Origin: Candidatus Sumerlaeia bacterium
GTDB taxonomy: Bacteria; Sumerlaeota; Sumerlaeia; SLMS01; JANRJK01
Direction of reading: 5' to 3'
DNA length: 64,000 nt
NCBI GenBank assembly: GCA_033764015.1
Contig: JANRJK010000031.1
Location: 64,001-128,000, forward strand
This document shows, piece after piece, positions 1 through 8,172 of the stretch. The notes beneath the pieces were generated by a model. It had not been told where the DNA came from. It searched no databases and saw only the letters and a list, made by a program, of their open reading frames with translations. Position 1 is the stretch's first letter. The number at the start of each line of letters is the position of its first letter. A program made the position numbers and the translations under genes.

Positions 1-1065
1 GCGGCGGATGCGCGCCTCGGGCGCCGCGAAGCTGATGCGGAAGTGCGTGCGCCGCTCGCTGAACACCGAGCCCGGCACCACGAGGAGCGACTCCTTCACC
101 AACTCCTCGACGAAGCGGTCGCCGTCGCCGCCGGGGGCCTCGGGGAACACGTAGAACGCGCCCCCCGGCCGCGCCGCCCGGAGCCCCGCGGCCGCCAACC
201 CCTCGCACACCAGATCGCGCTTCCGCCGGTACGCGTCGTTCACCTCCGTCGGATCGAGGTCCAGCGCCACGACGCTCGCCTCCTGCGCCGGCGACGGCGC
301 GCAGACGAAGGTGTACTGCTGGATCTCCTTCAGCGCGCGGACCAGTTCCTCGTTGCCGAGCACCCAGCCGATCCGCCACCCCGTGATGGCGACGGACTTG
401 GAAAGGCCGCCCACCACGATGGTGTCGGGGTTGAAGCGCGCCGGGGACACGAAGGGGCCGTCGAAGTTGAAGGCGTCGTAGATTTCGTCCGACAGCAGCA
501 CGAGGCCGTGGCGCTGGGCGAACTCGGCCACGGCGCGGGCGTTCGCCTCGGAGTAGCTCACGCCGGTCGGGTTGTTCGGCGTGTTGCAGATCACCATGCG
601 GGTGCGCGGCGTGCGGTGCGCCTCGAGGCGCTCGGCGGTGAGCTGGAAGTCCGGGTAGGTGTCGACGAAGACCGGCTTCACGCCGAGGAACTTGAGGAGC
701 TGCTTGTACATCACGAAGTAGGGGTCCGGCACGAGGACCTCGTCGCCCGGGTTAAGGAGGGCGAGGAAGAGCAGGTAGAGGGCGCCGGTGGTGCCGCTGG
801 TGACGATGGAGGCGGGGAAGTCCAGCCCGCGCGCGCGGTAGTGCTCGAGGATCTTCGCGCGGAGCGCGGGGGTGCCGTCGGTGGGCGTGTAGCGGTTGCG
901 CCCGCCTTCGATGGCGTCGATGGCGGCGCGGCGCACGGGCTCGGGGACGTCGAAGTCCGGCATGCCGATGGACAGGTCGCACGGATCCGCCATCTTGGCG
1001 GCGAGCTCGAAGATGCGGCGGATGCCCGAGGAATCGATCAGTTGGCGTCGGTCGGCGAACTTCAT
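1..1065 (-). CDS. PLP-dependent class I/II aminotransferase (aspartate aminotransferase-like); C-terminus runs off the window
   Basis: Manual minus-strand translation from ATG 1065: MKFADRRQLIDSSGIRRIF..LSIGMPDF..LNPGDEVLVPDPYF..NTPNNPTG..SDEIYD..GLSKSVAITGWRIGW (PLP-lysine motif). Missing from the ORF track because it has no stop in the window. Confidence 0.92.
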   Translation of the reverse strand, partial: MKFADRRQLIDSSGIRRIFELAAKMADPCDLSIGMPDFDVPEPVRRAAIDAIEGGRNRYTPTDGTPALRAKILEHYRARGLDFPASIVTSGTTGALYLLFLALLNPGDEVLVPDPYFVMYKQLLKFLGVKPVFVDTYPDFQLTAERLEAHRTPRTRMVICNTPNNPTGVSYSEANARAVAEFAQRHGLVLLSDEIYDAFNFDGPFVSPARFNPDTIVVGGLSKSVAITGWRIGWVLGNEELVRALKEIQQYTFVCAPSPAQEASVVALDLDPTEVNDAYRRKRDLVCEGLAAAGLRAARPGGAFYVFPEAPGGDGDRFVEELVKESLLVVPGSVFSERRTHFRISFAAPEARIRR

Positions 1066-1144
1066 GGGGCGCTCCTCGCGGCGGGTGTGGCGCGATTCGA
1101 CCGGCCGGCGGGGGATGGGGCAAGCGTTGGGGGCAGCGCGCGCC

Positions 1145-1172
1145 TTGACCCTGCGCCGCGGCGGGCCACCAT
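1145..1172 (+). promoter_or_regulatory. Possible sigma70-type promoter directly upstream of the epimerase ATG (possibly leaderless)
   Basis: TTGACC-16nt-CACCAT ending 6 nt before ATG 1179; no Shine-Dalgarno. Confidence 0.3.
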
Positions 1173-1178
1173 CGCGCC

Positions 1179-2162
1179 ATGGCGACTTCCCTCCCCTTCC
1201 AACGCGCGCTGGTGACCGGCGGCGCGGGCTTCATCGGCTCCCACCTTTGCGAGCGGCTCCTCGCCGCCGGCGTCTCCGTCGAGGCCCTCGACGACCTCTC
1301 CACCGGCTCCGTGCTCAACATCGAGCACCTGCGCGGCAACCCGCTCTTCCGCTTCACGGTCGGCGACGTGCGGCGCATCGCGGACCTCGCGGAGGCGGTG
1401 GACCGCGCCGACGCCGTCTTCCACATGGCCGCCGCGGTCGGCGTCCGGCTCATCGTCGAGCGCCCCGTGCACACCATCGAGACGAACCTCGAAGGCACGA
1501 CGAACGTCCTCGAGTGCGCCACCAAGAAGCGGAAGCTGGTCCTCGTCGCCAGCACCAGCGAGGTCTACGGCAAGTCCGACAAGCTGCCCTTCCACGAGGA
1601 GTCCGACCTGGTGCTCGGTGCCTCGCGGCGTCCGCGCTGGGCCTACGCGTGCTCGAAGCTCATGGACGAGTTCCTCGCGCTGGCGCACCACCGCGAAAGC
1701 GGCCTGCCAGTGGTGGTGGCCCGCCTCTTCAACACGGTCGGACCGCGGCAGACCGGGCGCTACGGCATGGTGATCCCGCGCTTCGTGGCGCAGGCGCTCG
1801 CCGGCGAGCCGCTCACGGTCTACGGCGACGGCTCGCAAACGCGCACCTTCTGCCACGTCGCGGACACGGTGGAGGGGCTCGTCGCGCTGCTTGCCCACCC
1901 GAAGGCGGCCGGCGGCGTGTTCAACGTGGGCGGGCTCGAGGAGCTCTCCATCGCGGACCTCGCCGCGCGCGTCATCGCGGGCACCGGCTCCGCCTCGCGG
2001 ATCGAGTTCATCCCGTTCGAGGAAGCCTACGACGGCGACTTCGAGGACATGGCGCGGCGGCGTCCGGACCTCTCGAAGATCGCCGCGCTGATCGGCTACG
2101 CGCCTAAGCGCACGCTCGACGACATCATCGCCGACGTCGCGGCGCAGCACCGCACCGCCTAA
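1179..2162 (+). CDS. NAD-dependent nucleotide-sugar epimerase/dehydratase (extended SDR)
   Basis: ALVTGGAGFIGSHL, STSEVYG, YACSK (YxxxK), RLFNTVGPRQ, YGDGSQTRTF. Confidence 0.93.
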   Translation: MATSLPFQRALVTGGAGFIGSHLCERLLAAGVSVEALDDLSTGSVLNIEHLRGNPLFRFTVGDVRRIADLAEAVDRADAVFHMAAAVGVRLIVERPVHTIETNLEGTTNVLECATKKRKLVLVASTSEVYGKSDKLPFHEESDLVLGASRRPRWAYACSKLMDEFLALAHHRESGLPVVVARLFNTVGPRQTGRYGMVIPRFVAQALAGEPLTVYGDGSQTRTFCHVADTVEGLVALLAHPKAAGGVFNVGGLEELSIADLAARVIAGTGSASRIEFIPFEEAYDGDFEDMARRRPDLSKIAALIGYAPKRTLDDIIADVAAQHRTA

Positions 2163-2190
2163 GGGGGGCGCGCCCGGCCGGGGCGCCCCG

Positions 2191-2571
2191 CTACCTGCCC
2201 GCAGAAAGGCAGTCCTCGCACACTCCGTAGAGCGTGATGTGGTGGGCCTCGAGGCGGAAACCAGCGGGGGCCAGCGCGCGGATCCCCGCGAGGCACCCTT
2301 GGACCTCGTACATCTTCGAGCAGTGGCGGCAAAGGAAGTGGTGGTGGTGCGGCTTGCCCGCCACCTCGTAGCGCGCCGGCTCGCCGGGAATCTCCACCGC
2401 GGAGATCCACTGCTCCTCGAGCAGCGTCTTGATCGCGCGGTACACCGTGGCGATGCCGATGGAGGGCGCGTGCGGGCGCGCCGCGTCGAGCACCTCCTTC
2501 GGGCTCATGGGGCGCCCCGACTCCTCGAAGGCTTGGCGGACTGCGGCGCGCTGGGCGGTGTTGCGTTCCAT
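2191..2571 (-). CDS. Fur-family metalloregulator (probably Zur-like)
   Basis: MERNTAQR..IGIATVYRAI (HTH), HHHHFLCRHC, C-terminal GVCEDC; divergent from a metal-binding SBP. The ORF track over-extends it to 3369. Confidence 0.92.
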   Translation of the reverse strand: MERNTAQRAAVRQAFEESGRPMSPKEVLDAARPHAPSIGIATVYRAIKTLLEEQWISAVEIPGEPARYEVAGKPHHHHFLCRHCSKMYEVQGCLAGIRALAPAGFRLEAHHITLYGVCEDCLSAGR

Positions 2572-2592
2572 GGTCGGGCTTGACACCGGGTG

Positions 2593-2609
2593 TGATAACG
2601 CCGTCTCAA
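2593..2609. promoter_or_regulatory. Candidate Fur/Zur-family operator
   Basis: Imperfect inverted repeat TGATAACGCCGTCTCAA in the AT-richer divergent intergenic region; resembles TGATAATnATTATCA. Confidence 0.4.
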
Positions 2610-2672
2610 TAATGTCGGCGGGAGGTTTAGATTTGGCAAGTCCCCCCCCCGCGCGCAACGACGGATCGCGAG

Positions 2673-3605
2673 ATGAGAATGTCCTACCGGTTATCAAGGC
2701 TCCTGCTGCTCCTCCTCTGCTTGCTCCCCGCGGCGCTCCCGGCGGGTCCGCTCTACGTCGCGACCATCGAGCCGCTCGGTTCGGTGCTGCGCGAAATGGT
2801 CGCCGGGCGCGGACGGGTCGAGGTGCTCCTCGCGCCCGGGCAGTCCCCGCATGTGTTCGATCCGCGCCCCAGCCACGCCCGGCGCCTCGCCGCCGCCACC
2901 GCCTTCTTCTACGCGGCGGACAGCGTCGAGCCCTGGGCGGAGCGCCTGAACGCGAAGCACTCCATCGAACTGCTCGGCTTCCTGCCGGAGCCGTTCCGGC
3001 TGCCGCTCTCGGGGGCCGCCTGCGAGCATGGCCAAGACCAAGACCACGGGCACGCGCACGCGCACGACCACGGGCACGACTCGGAGTGGGACGGCCATTG
3101 GTGGCTGGACCCGCTGGCGGTGGAGGCGCTGCTGCCGCCGCTTGCGGAGCGGCTCGCGGAACTGGACCCGGAGGGCGCGGCGGTCTACCGCGCGAACGCG
3201 GCGCGCTACGGTGCGCAGTTGCAATTGCTGGATGCGGAGCTGAGCGCCATCCTGGCGCCGGTCGCGGGGCGCGAGGTGGTGACGCAGCACGCGGCGTTCG
3301 GCTATCTGCTGCATCGATACGGGCTGAAGGATGGCGGCGTGATGGCGCTGGTCGCCGGGCAGGAGCCAACCCCGGGGCACCTGCGCGAACTGGCCGAGGG
3401 CCTCAAGGCGCGTGGCGTGCGGGCGGTCTTCACGGAGCCGCAGCTCAGCGCGCGCCCGGCGCAGGTGCTTGCGGAAGTCGCGGGGATCCCCGTCCACGAG
3501 CTGGACCCGGAGGGCGCGCGCCCCGGCCGCGCCTCGCTCGCCGAGCTGCTCCGCTACAACGCCAACACCCTCGCCGAGGCGCTCGCCGACCCGAAGCCGG
3601 AGTAA
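2673..3605 (+). CDS. Zn/Mn ABC transporter substrate-binding protein (ZnuA/TroA family); start may be 2679
   Basis: Signal peptide, GQSPHVF, His/Asp-rich loop (HGQDQDHGHAHAHDHGHD), DGHWWLDP, HAAFGYL, EPTP, ELDP. Confidence 0.92.
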   Translation: MRMSYRLSRLLLLLLCLLPAALPAGPLYVATIEPLGSVLREMVAGRGRVEVLLAPGQSPHVFDPRPSHARRLAAATAFFYAADSVEPWAERLNAKHSIELLGFLPEPFRLPLSGAACEHGQDQDHGHAHAHDHGHDSEWDGHWWLDPLAVEALLPPLAERLAELDPEGAAVYRANAARYGAQLQLLDAELSAILAPVAGREVVTQHAAFGYLLHRYGLKDGGVMALVAGQEPTPGHLRELAEGLKARGVRAVFTEPQLSARPAQVLAEVAGIPVHELDPEGARPGRASLAELLRYNANTLAEALADPKPE

Positions 3606-3691
3606 ATCGCAAGCCGGTCGATTTCCCGCCGAATTGGAGAGAGGTTTGCGCGTAGGATCCTCGATGACTCTCCACCCCCCGGGAGTGGCCC

Positions 3692-5176
3692 ATGCGCGTC
3701 CTCGTCTGGCTCAGAAGCGACCTCCGCCTCCACGACCATGTGCTCTTCTCGCGCGCGGCTCAGCAGGATGTGGAAATCCTCCCGGTTTTCATCTGGGGCC
3801 AGCGATTAACGGGGACCTTCCGCGACGGCGAGCCCCGCATGGGCACGCACCGGCACCGCTTTCTGCGACAGTCGTTGGACCACTTGGGCGAGTCGCTCGC
3901 GTCGGCGGGGGCGCCGCTGCTGGTTTGCCGCGGCGACGAGGGTGACATCCTGCCGCGGCTCCTGTCGCAGCACCGAATCGACGAGCTCTGGTGCCACGCC
4001 GAGGCGGCGGTCGAAGAGCGCGCGGAGGAGGCCGCCGCGGAGCGGGCCTGCTCCGACGCCGGCGCGCGGTTCCGGCGCTTCTGGGGCCACACGCTGGTCC
4101 ACCGCGACGACCTGCCGTTCGAATCGCTCGCCGATCTTCCGGACACTTTCACGGAATTCCGCAAGGCGGTCGAGCGCCGCGGGCTCTTCCGCGCGCCGAT
4201 CGAGGCCCCCAAGCGCCTGCGCGGCATCGACGCGTCCGGCTCCCCGCTCGCGCACCGCGAGGCGGACGGCGACGTGGTCTCCGCCGGCGACGAGCGCGCC
4301 GTGCTGCCCTTCCGCGGCGGCGAGGGCGACGGGCTCGCCCGCCTCTGGGACTACCTCTGGGGGCGCGACCTGCTGCGGAACTACAAGGAGACGCGCAACG
4401 GCCTCCTCGGCGGCGATTACTCCTCGAAGTTCTCGCCGTGGCTGGCGGTCGGCGCGCTCTCGCCCCGCCAGATCCTCCACGAGGTGCGCCGGTACGAGCG
4501 CGAGGTCGTCGCGAACGACTCCACCTACTGGCTCGTCTTCGAACTGCTGTGGCGGGACTACTTCCGGTTCGTGGCGCTCAAGTACGGCTCTCGGCTCTTC
4601 AAGCGCGGCGGCCTCAAGGGGTCCCCGGGCCACACGGCGCCGGAGGTTCCCGGCCATTTCGACGCCTGGGCGGCGGGGCGCACCGGAGTCCCCTTCGTGG
4701 ACGCCAACATGCGCGAGCTGAACGCCACCGGCTTCATGTCCAACCGCGGACGGCAGAACGCCGCGAGCTACCTTGTGTGCGATCTCGGCGTCGATTGGCG
4801 CCGGGGCGCGGAGTACTTCGAGCGCGTGCTGCTGGACTACGACCCGTGCAGCAACTGGGGGAACTGGGCCTATATCGCCGGCGTCGGCAACGACCCGCGG
4901 GAGGACCGCTACTTCAACGTGGTCGGGCAGGCGCGGCGCTACGACACGGACGGGGCCTACACGCGGCTGTGGGTGCCGGAGCTCGCGGGCCTGCGCACGC
5001 CGGCGCTGCACGAACCCTGGGCCGCGCGCCGCGAGGAGCTGGCGGAGGGGCGCGTCGCGCTCGGGCGCGACTACCCGCGCCCGCTCGCCACACCCCGCCC
5101 CGCGCCGCCCGAGGCAGCCGACGCCCCCCGCAAGCACCGGCCCCGCGGCGGGCGGTCCAGCTCCCGCCGGGCCTAG
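3692..5176 (+). CDS. Cryptochrome DASH family photolyase
   Basis: WLRSDLRLHD, YKETRNGLLGGDYSSKFSPWLA, FELLWRDYF, GFMSNRGRQNAAS, DYDPCSNWGNW, GVGNDPREDRYFN. Confidence 0.95.
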   Translation: MRVLVWLRSDLRLHDHVLFSRAAQQDVEILPVFIWGQRLTGTFRDGEPRMGTHRHRFLRQSLDHLGESLASAGAPLLVCRGDEGDILPRLLSQHRIDELWCHAEAAVEERAEEAAAERACSDAGARFRRFWGHTLVHRDDLPFESLADLPDTFTEFRKAVERRGLFRAPIEAPKRLRGIDASGSPLAHREADGDVVSAGDERAVLPFRGGEGDGLARLWDYLWGRDLLRNYKETRNGLLGGDYSSKFSPWLAVGALSPRQILHEVRRYEREVVANDSTYWLVFELLWRDYFRFVALKYGSRLFKRGGLKGSPGHTAPEVPGHFDAWAAGRTGVPFVDANMRELNATGFMSNRGRQNAASYLVCDLGVDWRRGAEYFERVLLDYDPCSNWGNWAYIAGVGNDPREDRYFNVVGQARRYDTDGAYTRLWVPELAGLRTPALHEPWAARREELAEGRVALGRDYPRPLATPRPAPPEAADAPRKHRPRGGRSSSRRA

Positions 5177-5272
5177 CGGCGAACACCCTTCCCAACGCCA
5201 ACCAATTCGGTTTGCGGTGAAGTCCATTCCGTGGATTCTCAAGCGGCAACGCCGCGGACGGAGAGCGCACCC

Positions 5273-7204
5273 ATGGCCGAACTAGAACGCAAACTGGCGC
5301 AAGTGCGCCGACGCCTCCTTTTCCTGCGCGCCATCCATTGGTCCTTCGAGGCGCTTTTCTGGGCGCTGGTGGCGAGCATCGCCGTGGTGTTCGCCGGCAA
5401 GCTGCTCCCGCTGCCCATGGACGCGGTCGCGCTCGCCGCCGCCGTGACCGGCGCGGCGGTGCTCGGCGCGGTGCTGTCCGCGCTCTGGAAGGGGCTCTCG
5501 CTGTTCCAGGCCGCGGCCGCCGCGGACGAGCGCCTCGGCCTTCGCGAACGCCTCTCCACCGCCTGGGCCGTGCGCGAAGCCGTCGCCCGCGTCCCCGAGG
5601 CCGCCGCCGTCGCCGAGGACGCGCTCCGCCACGCCAAGGCGATCCGTCCCCGCGACCAGTTCCCGGTGCGCGTGTCGACCCGCGGCAAGTACTTCGCCCT
5701 GCCGCTCTTCGCGGCCTTCGCCCTGCAGCAGTTCATGCCGCCGATGGACCTGTTCCCCGAGCCGAAGCTCCCCCCCGAACCCCCCGCCGCGGTCGCGCCG
5801 GAGCAGCTCCAGAAGGAAGTGGAGTCGCTCCGCAAGCTCGCGAAGGAGACGCGCGAGGCCGCCCTCAACGAGGAGGATCCGCTCTCGAAGAGCGCCGCCG
5901 AGCTGGAGCGCCTCGCGCGCGACCTCTCCGTGGGGCTCAAGGACCGGCGCTCCGTCGCCGCCGAGATGTCCCGCCTGGGCGACGACTTGAAGCTCGAGAA
6001 GCGCGAACTCCAGCGCCGGCAGGAACCGTTCAAGGCGCTGCAGGGGCTCAACCGCGCGAACCAGACGCGCGACCTGCAGCAGGACATGAAGGACGGCGAC
6101 TTCGAAGGCGCCGCGGAGAAGCTGGAGAACCTCGCGAAGGAACTCGAGCAGCTCGACTCTAAGTCCGCGGAGGAGCGGGAGGAACTCGCCCGCGAGCTGC
6201 AGGACGTGGCGGACCAGCTTCCGCAGGGCGACCCGATGAAGCAGGCGATGCAGCAGGCGGCGGAAGCGCTGAACCAGGCGAACCAGCAGCAGCCGTCGAA
6301 CCCGCAGGCGCAGAGCGGCAACGACTCGCAGTCGGGCCAGGAGGGATCCTCCCAGACCGGCGGCGGGCAGGAGTCCGGCCAGTCCGGCGCGCCGCAAACG
6401 GGCATGCCGGGGATCCAAGCCGCGCAGGCGCTGCGGCAGGCCGCCGGCGCCGCACAGGAAAAGCAGGAAGCGCAGCAGATGGTGCAGAAGCTCGACCAGC
6501 TCCAGCAGCAGATGCAGCAACAGCAGCAGCAGATGTCGGGGCAGGGCTCCTCGTCCCAGTCGCAAGGCCAGCAGGGCCAGCAAGGCCAGCAGTCGGGCCA
6601 GCAGGGACAGCAAGGTGGCCAACAGGGCCAGCAGTCCGGCCAGCAAGGCCAACAATCCGGCCAACAATCCGGCCAGCAGTCCGGTCAACAAGGTGGCCAA
6701 CAAGGCCAGCAACAGGGTGGCCAGCAAGGCGGCCAACAGGGCAGTCAGCAAGGCCAGCAGGGACAGCAGCCGGGCGGCGACCAGGGGAGCGGGCAGCAAG
6801 GCGGCAACCAGCCCGGCGGCCAACAGGGCCAGGGGCAGGGCCAAGGGCAGGGCAACAACCCCAGCCAAGGGCCGTTCAACCCGAACCAGGGCGGCGGAAC
6901 CGGCGGCCAAGGGCGTGGCCAGGGCGGGCGCCCGCCGGACGACGGCAGCCGCGCGATCCAGTTCAACGACTCGCTGATCCAAGGCATCAAGAACGAGAAC
7001 GGCCAGATCATCGCGATCATCGAAATCGACGCCCCCGCCCCCGTCGGCGAGTCCAACGTCCAGTACCAGCAGGTGTTCAACTCCTACCAGCAGAAGGCTT
7101 CGGACACGCTGAAGAACGACGTCATCCCCCTGAACTACCGGAACGCGGTGCGCGACTACTTCGAGTCGATCAATCCGCAGCGGGAAGCGCCACCGGCTCC
7201 GTGA
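5273..7204 (+). CDS. Membrane-anchored coiled-coil protein with long Gln/Gly-rich linker (DUF4175-like, MoxR/VWA-associated)
   Basis: N-terminal TM helices, ADERLGLRERLSTA, helical middle, Q/G tract, C-terminal IPLNYRNAVRDYF; GGAG SD before ATG 5273. Confidence 0.75.
   Translation: MAELERKLAQVRRRLLFLRAIHWSFEALFWALVASIAVVFAGKLLPLPMDAVALAAAVTGAAVLGAVLSALWKGLSLFQAAAAADERLGLRERLSTAWAVREAVARVPEAAAVAEDALRHAKAIRPRDQFPVRVSTRGKYFALPLFAAFALQQFMPPMDLFPEPKLPPEPPAAVAPEQLQKEVESLRKLAKETREAALNEEDPLSKSAAELERLARDLSVGLKDRRSVAAEMSRLGDDLKLEKRELQRRQEPFKALQGLNRANQTRDLQQDMKDGDFEGAAEKLENLAKELEQLDSKSAEEREELARELQDVADQLPQGDPMKQAMQQAAEALNQANQQQPSNPQAQSGNDSQSGQEGSSQTGGGQESGQSGAPQTGMPGIQAAQALRQAAGAAQEKQEAQQMVQKLDQLQQQMQQQQQQMSGQGSSSQSQGQQGQQGQQSGQQGQQGGQQGQQSGQQGQQSGQQSGQQSGQQGGQQGQQQGGQQGGQQGSQQGQQGQQPGGDQGSGQQGGNQPGGQQGQGQGQGQGNNPSQGPFNPNQGGGTGGQGRGQGGRPPDDGSRAIQFNDSLIQGIKNENGQIIAIIEIDAPAPVGESNVQYQQVFNSYQQKASDTLKNDVIPLNYRNAVRDYFESINPQREAPPAP
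6495..6925 (+). repeat. Coding low-complexity tandem repeat (GQQG/GQQS units)
   Basis: Degenerate 9-12 nt units such as GGCCAACAATCC x2 and GGCCAGCAGTCC, in frame. Confidence 0.9.
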
Positions 7205-8172
7205 TCCAAGGCTCGCCGCAGGTCCGCGCGCTCGTGTTGCTGGCCGCCGCCGCATGCCTTGCGGCGTGCGGCGGCGGCGGGCCCGAGGGGGGAGTCGACG
7301 CCGTGTTCGGCTCCCGAGGACGCCAGCTCGGCCAGTTCCTGCAGCCCCGCGCCATCGCGATCGACTCGAACGAGCAGGCCGTCGTCGTGGACCGCTCCGG
7401 GCGCGTGCAGGTGTTCCAGCTCCCAGGCTTCGAGCGCGTCGCGAACTGGATGCTCCCCGCGTGGGACAACGGCACGCCGACGGGGATCGCGCTCGATCCG
7501 CTCGATGAAACCGTGTGGATCGCCGACACGCACTACCAGCGGCTGCTGCACTACGCGCGCGACGGCCGGCTGCTCGGCGCCATCGGCAAGTACGGCACCG
7601 GCCCCGGCGAGTTCATCTTCCCCACGGACCTCGCGCTCACGCCCGACGGACAGACGATCTGGGTCACCGAGTACGGCGAGCGGAACCGGCTGATGAAGTT
7701 CGCCCGCACCGGCGAGTTCCTCGCCGAGTACGCCGGCCCCGCGTACCAGAAGAGCGAGCTGGCGCGCCCCATGTCCGTCGAGATCGGCGCCAACGGGCTC
7801 ATCTACATCGCCGACGCCGCGCACCACCAGGTGGCGGTGTTCGGCCAGGACGGCGAGCCCCGCTTCCGCTTCGGCGGCCCGGGCGACGGCCCCGGCGAAC
7901 TGCGCTATCCCTACGACCTCGCCATCACGCCGAACGGCGACGTGTATGTTTGCGAGTACGGCAACGACCGCGTGAGCCGCTTCACCGCCGAGGGTGAGTT
8001 CCTCGGCCACTTCGGAAGCGGCGGCAACCTCCCCGGCCGGTTCTTCTCCCCCTGGGGCCTAGCCGTCAGCGCCAAGGGCACCATGCTGGTGGCCGACACG
8101 AACAACAACCGGCTGCAACTGGTGCGCGACGCGGCGGCGGTGGTGAGCGCGGGGGGCGGTCCCCGCACATGA
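7201..8172 (+). CDS. NHL-repeat beta-propeller lipoprotein
   Basis: Lipobox LAAC; repeated GxGPGEFxxPxDLA..IYIAD..NxR units; GTGA overlap with upstream gene. Confidence 0.88.
   Translation: MIQGSPQVRALVLLAAAACLAACGGGGPEGGVDAVFGSRGRQLGQFLQPRAIAIDSNEQAVVVDRSGRVQVFQLPGFERVANWMLPAWDNGTPTGIALDPLDETVWIADTHYQRLLHYARDGRLLGAIGKYGTGPGEFIFPTDLALTPDGQTIWVTEYGERNRLMKFARTGEFLAEYAGPAYQKSELARPMSVEIGANGLIYIADAAHHQVAVFGQDGEPRFRFGGPGDGPGELRYPYDLAITPNGDVYVCEYGNDRVSRFTAEGEFLGHFGSGGNLPGRFFSPWGLAVSAKGTMLVADTNNNRLQLVRDAAAVVSAGGGPRT

Noticed and set aside
6495..6925. Possible CRISPR or non-coding repeat array
   Set aside because: In-frame degenerate Gln/Gly codons with no unique spacers and no cas genes.
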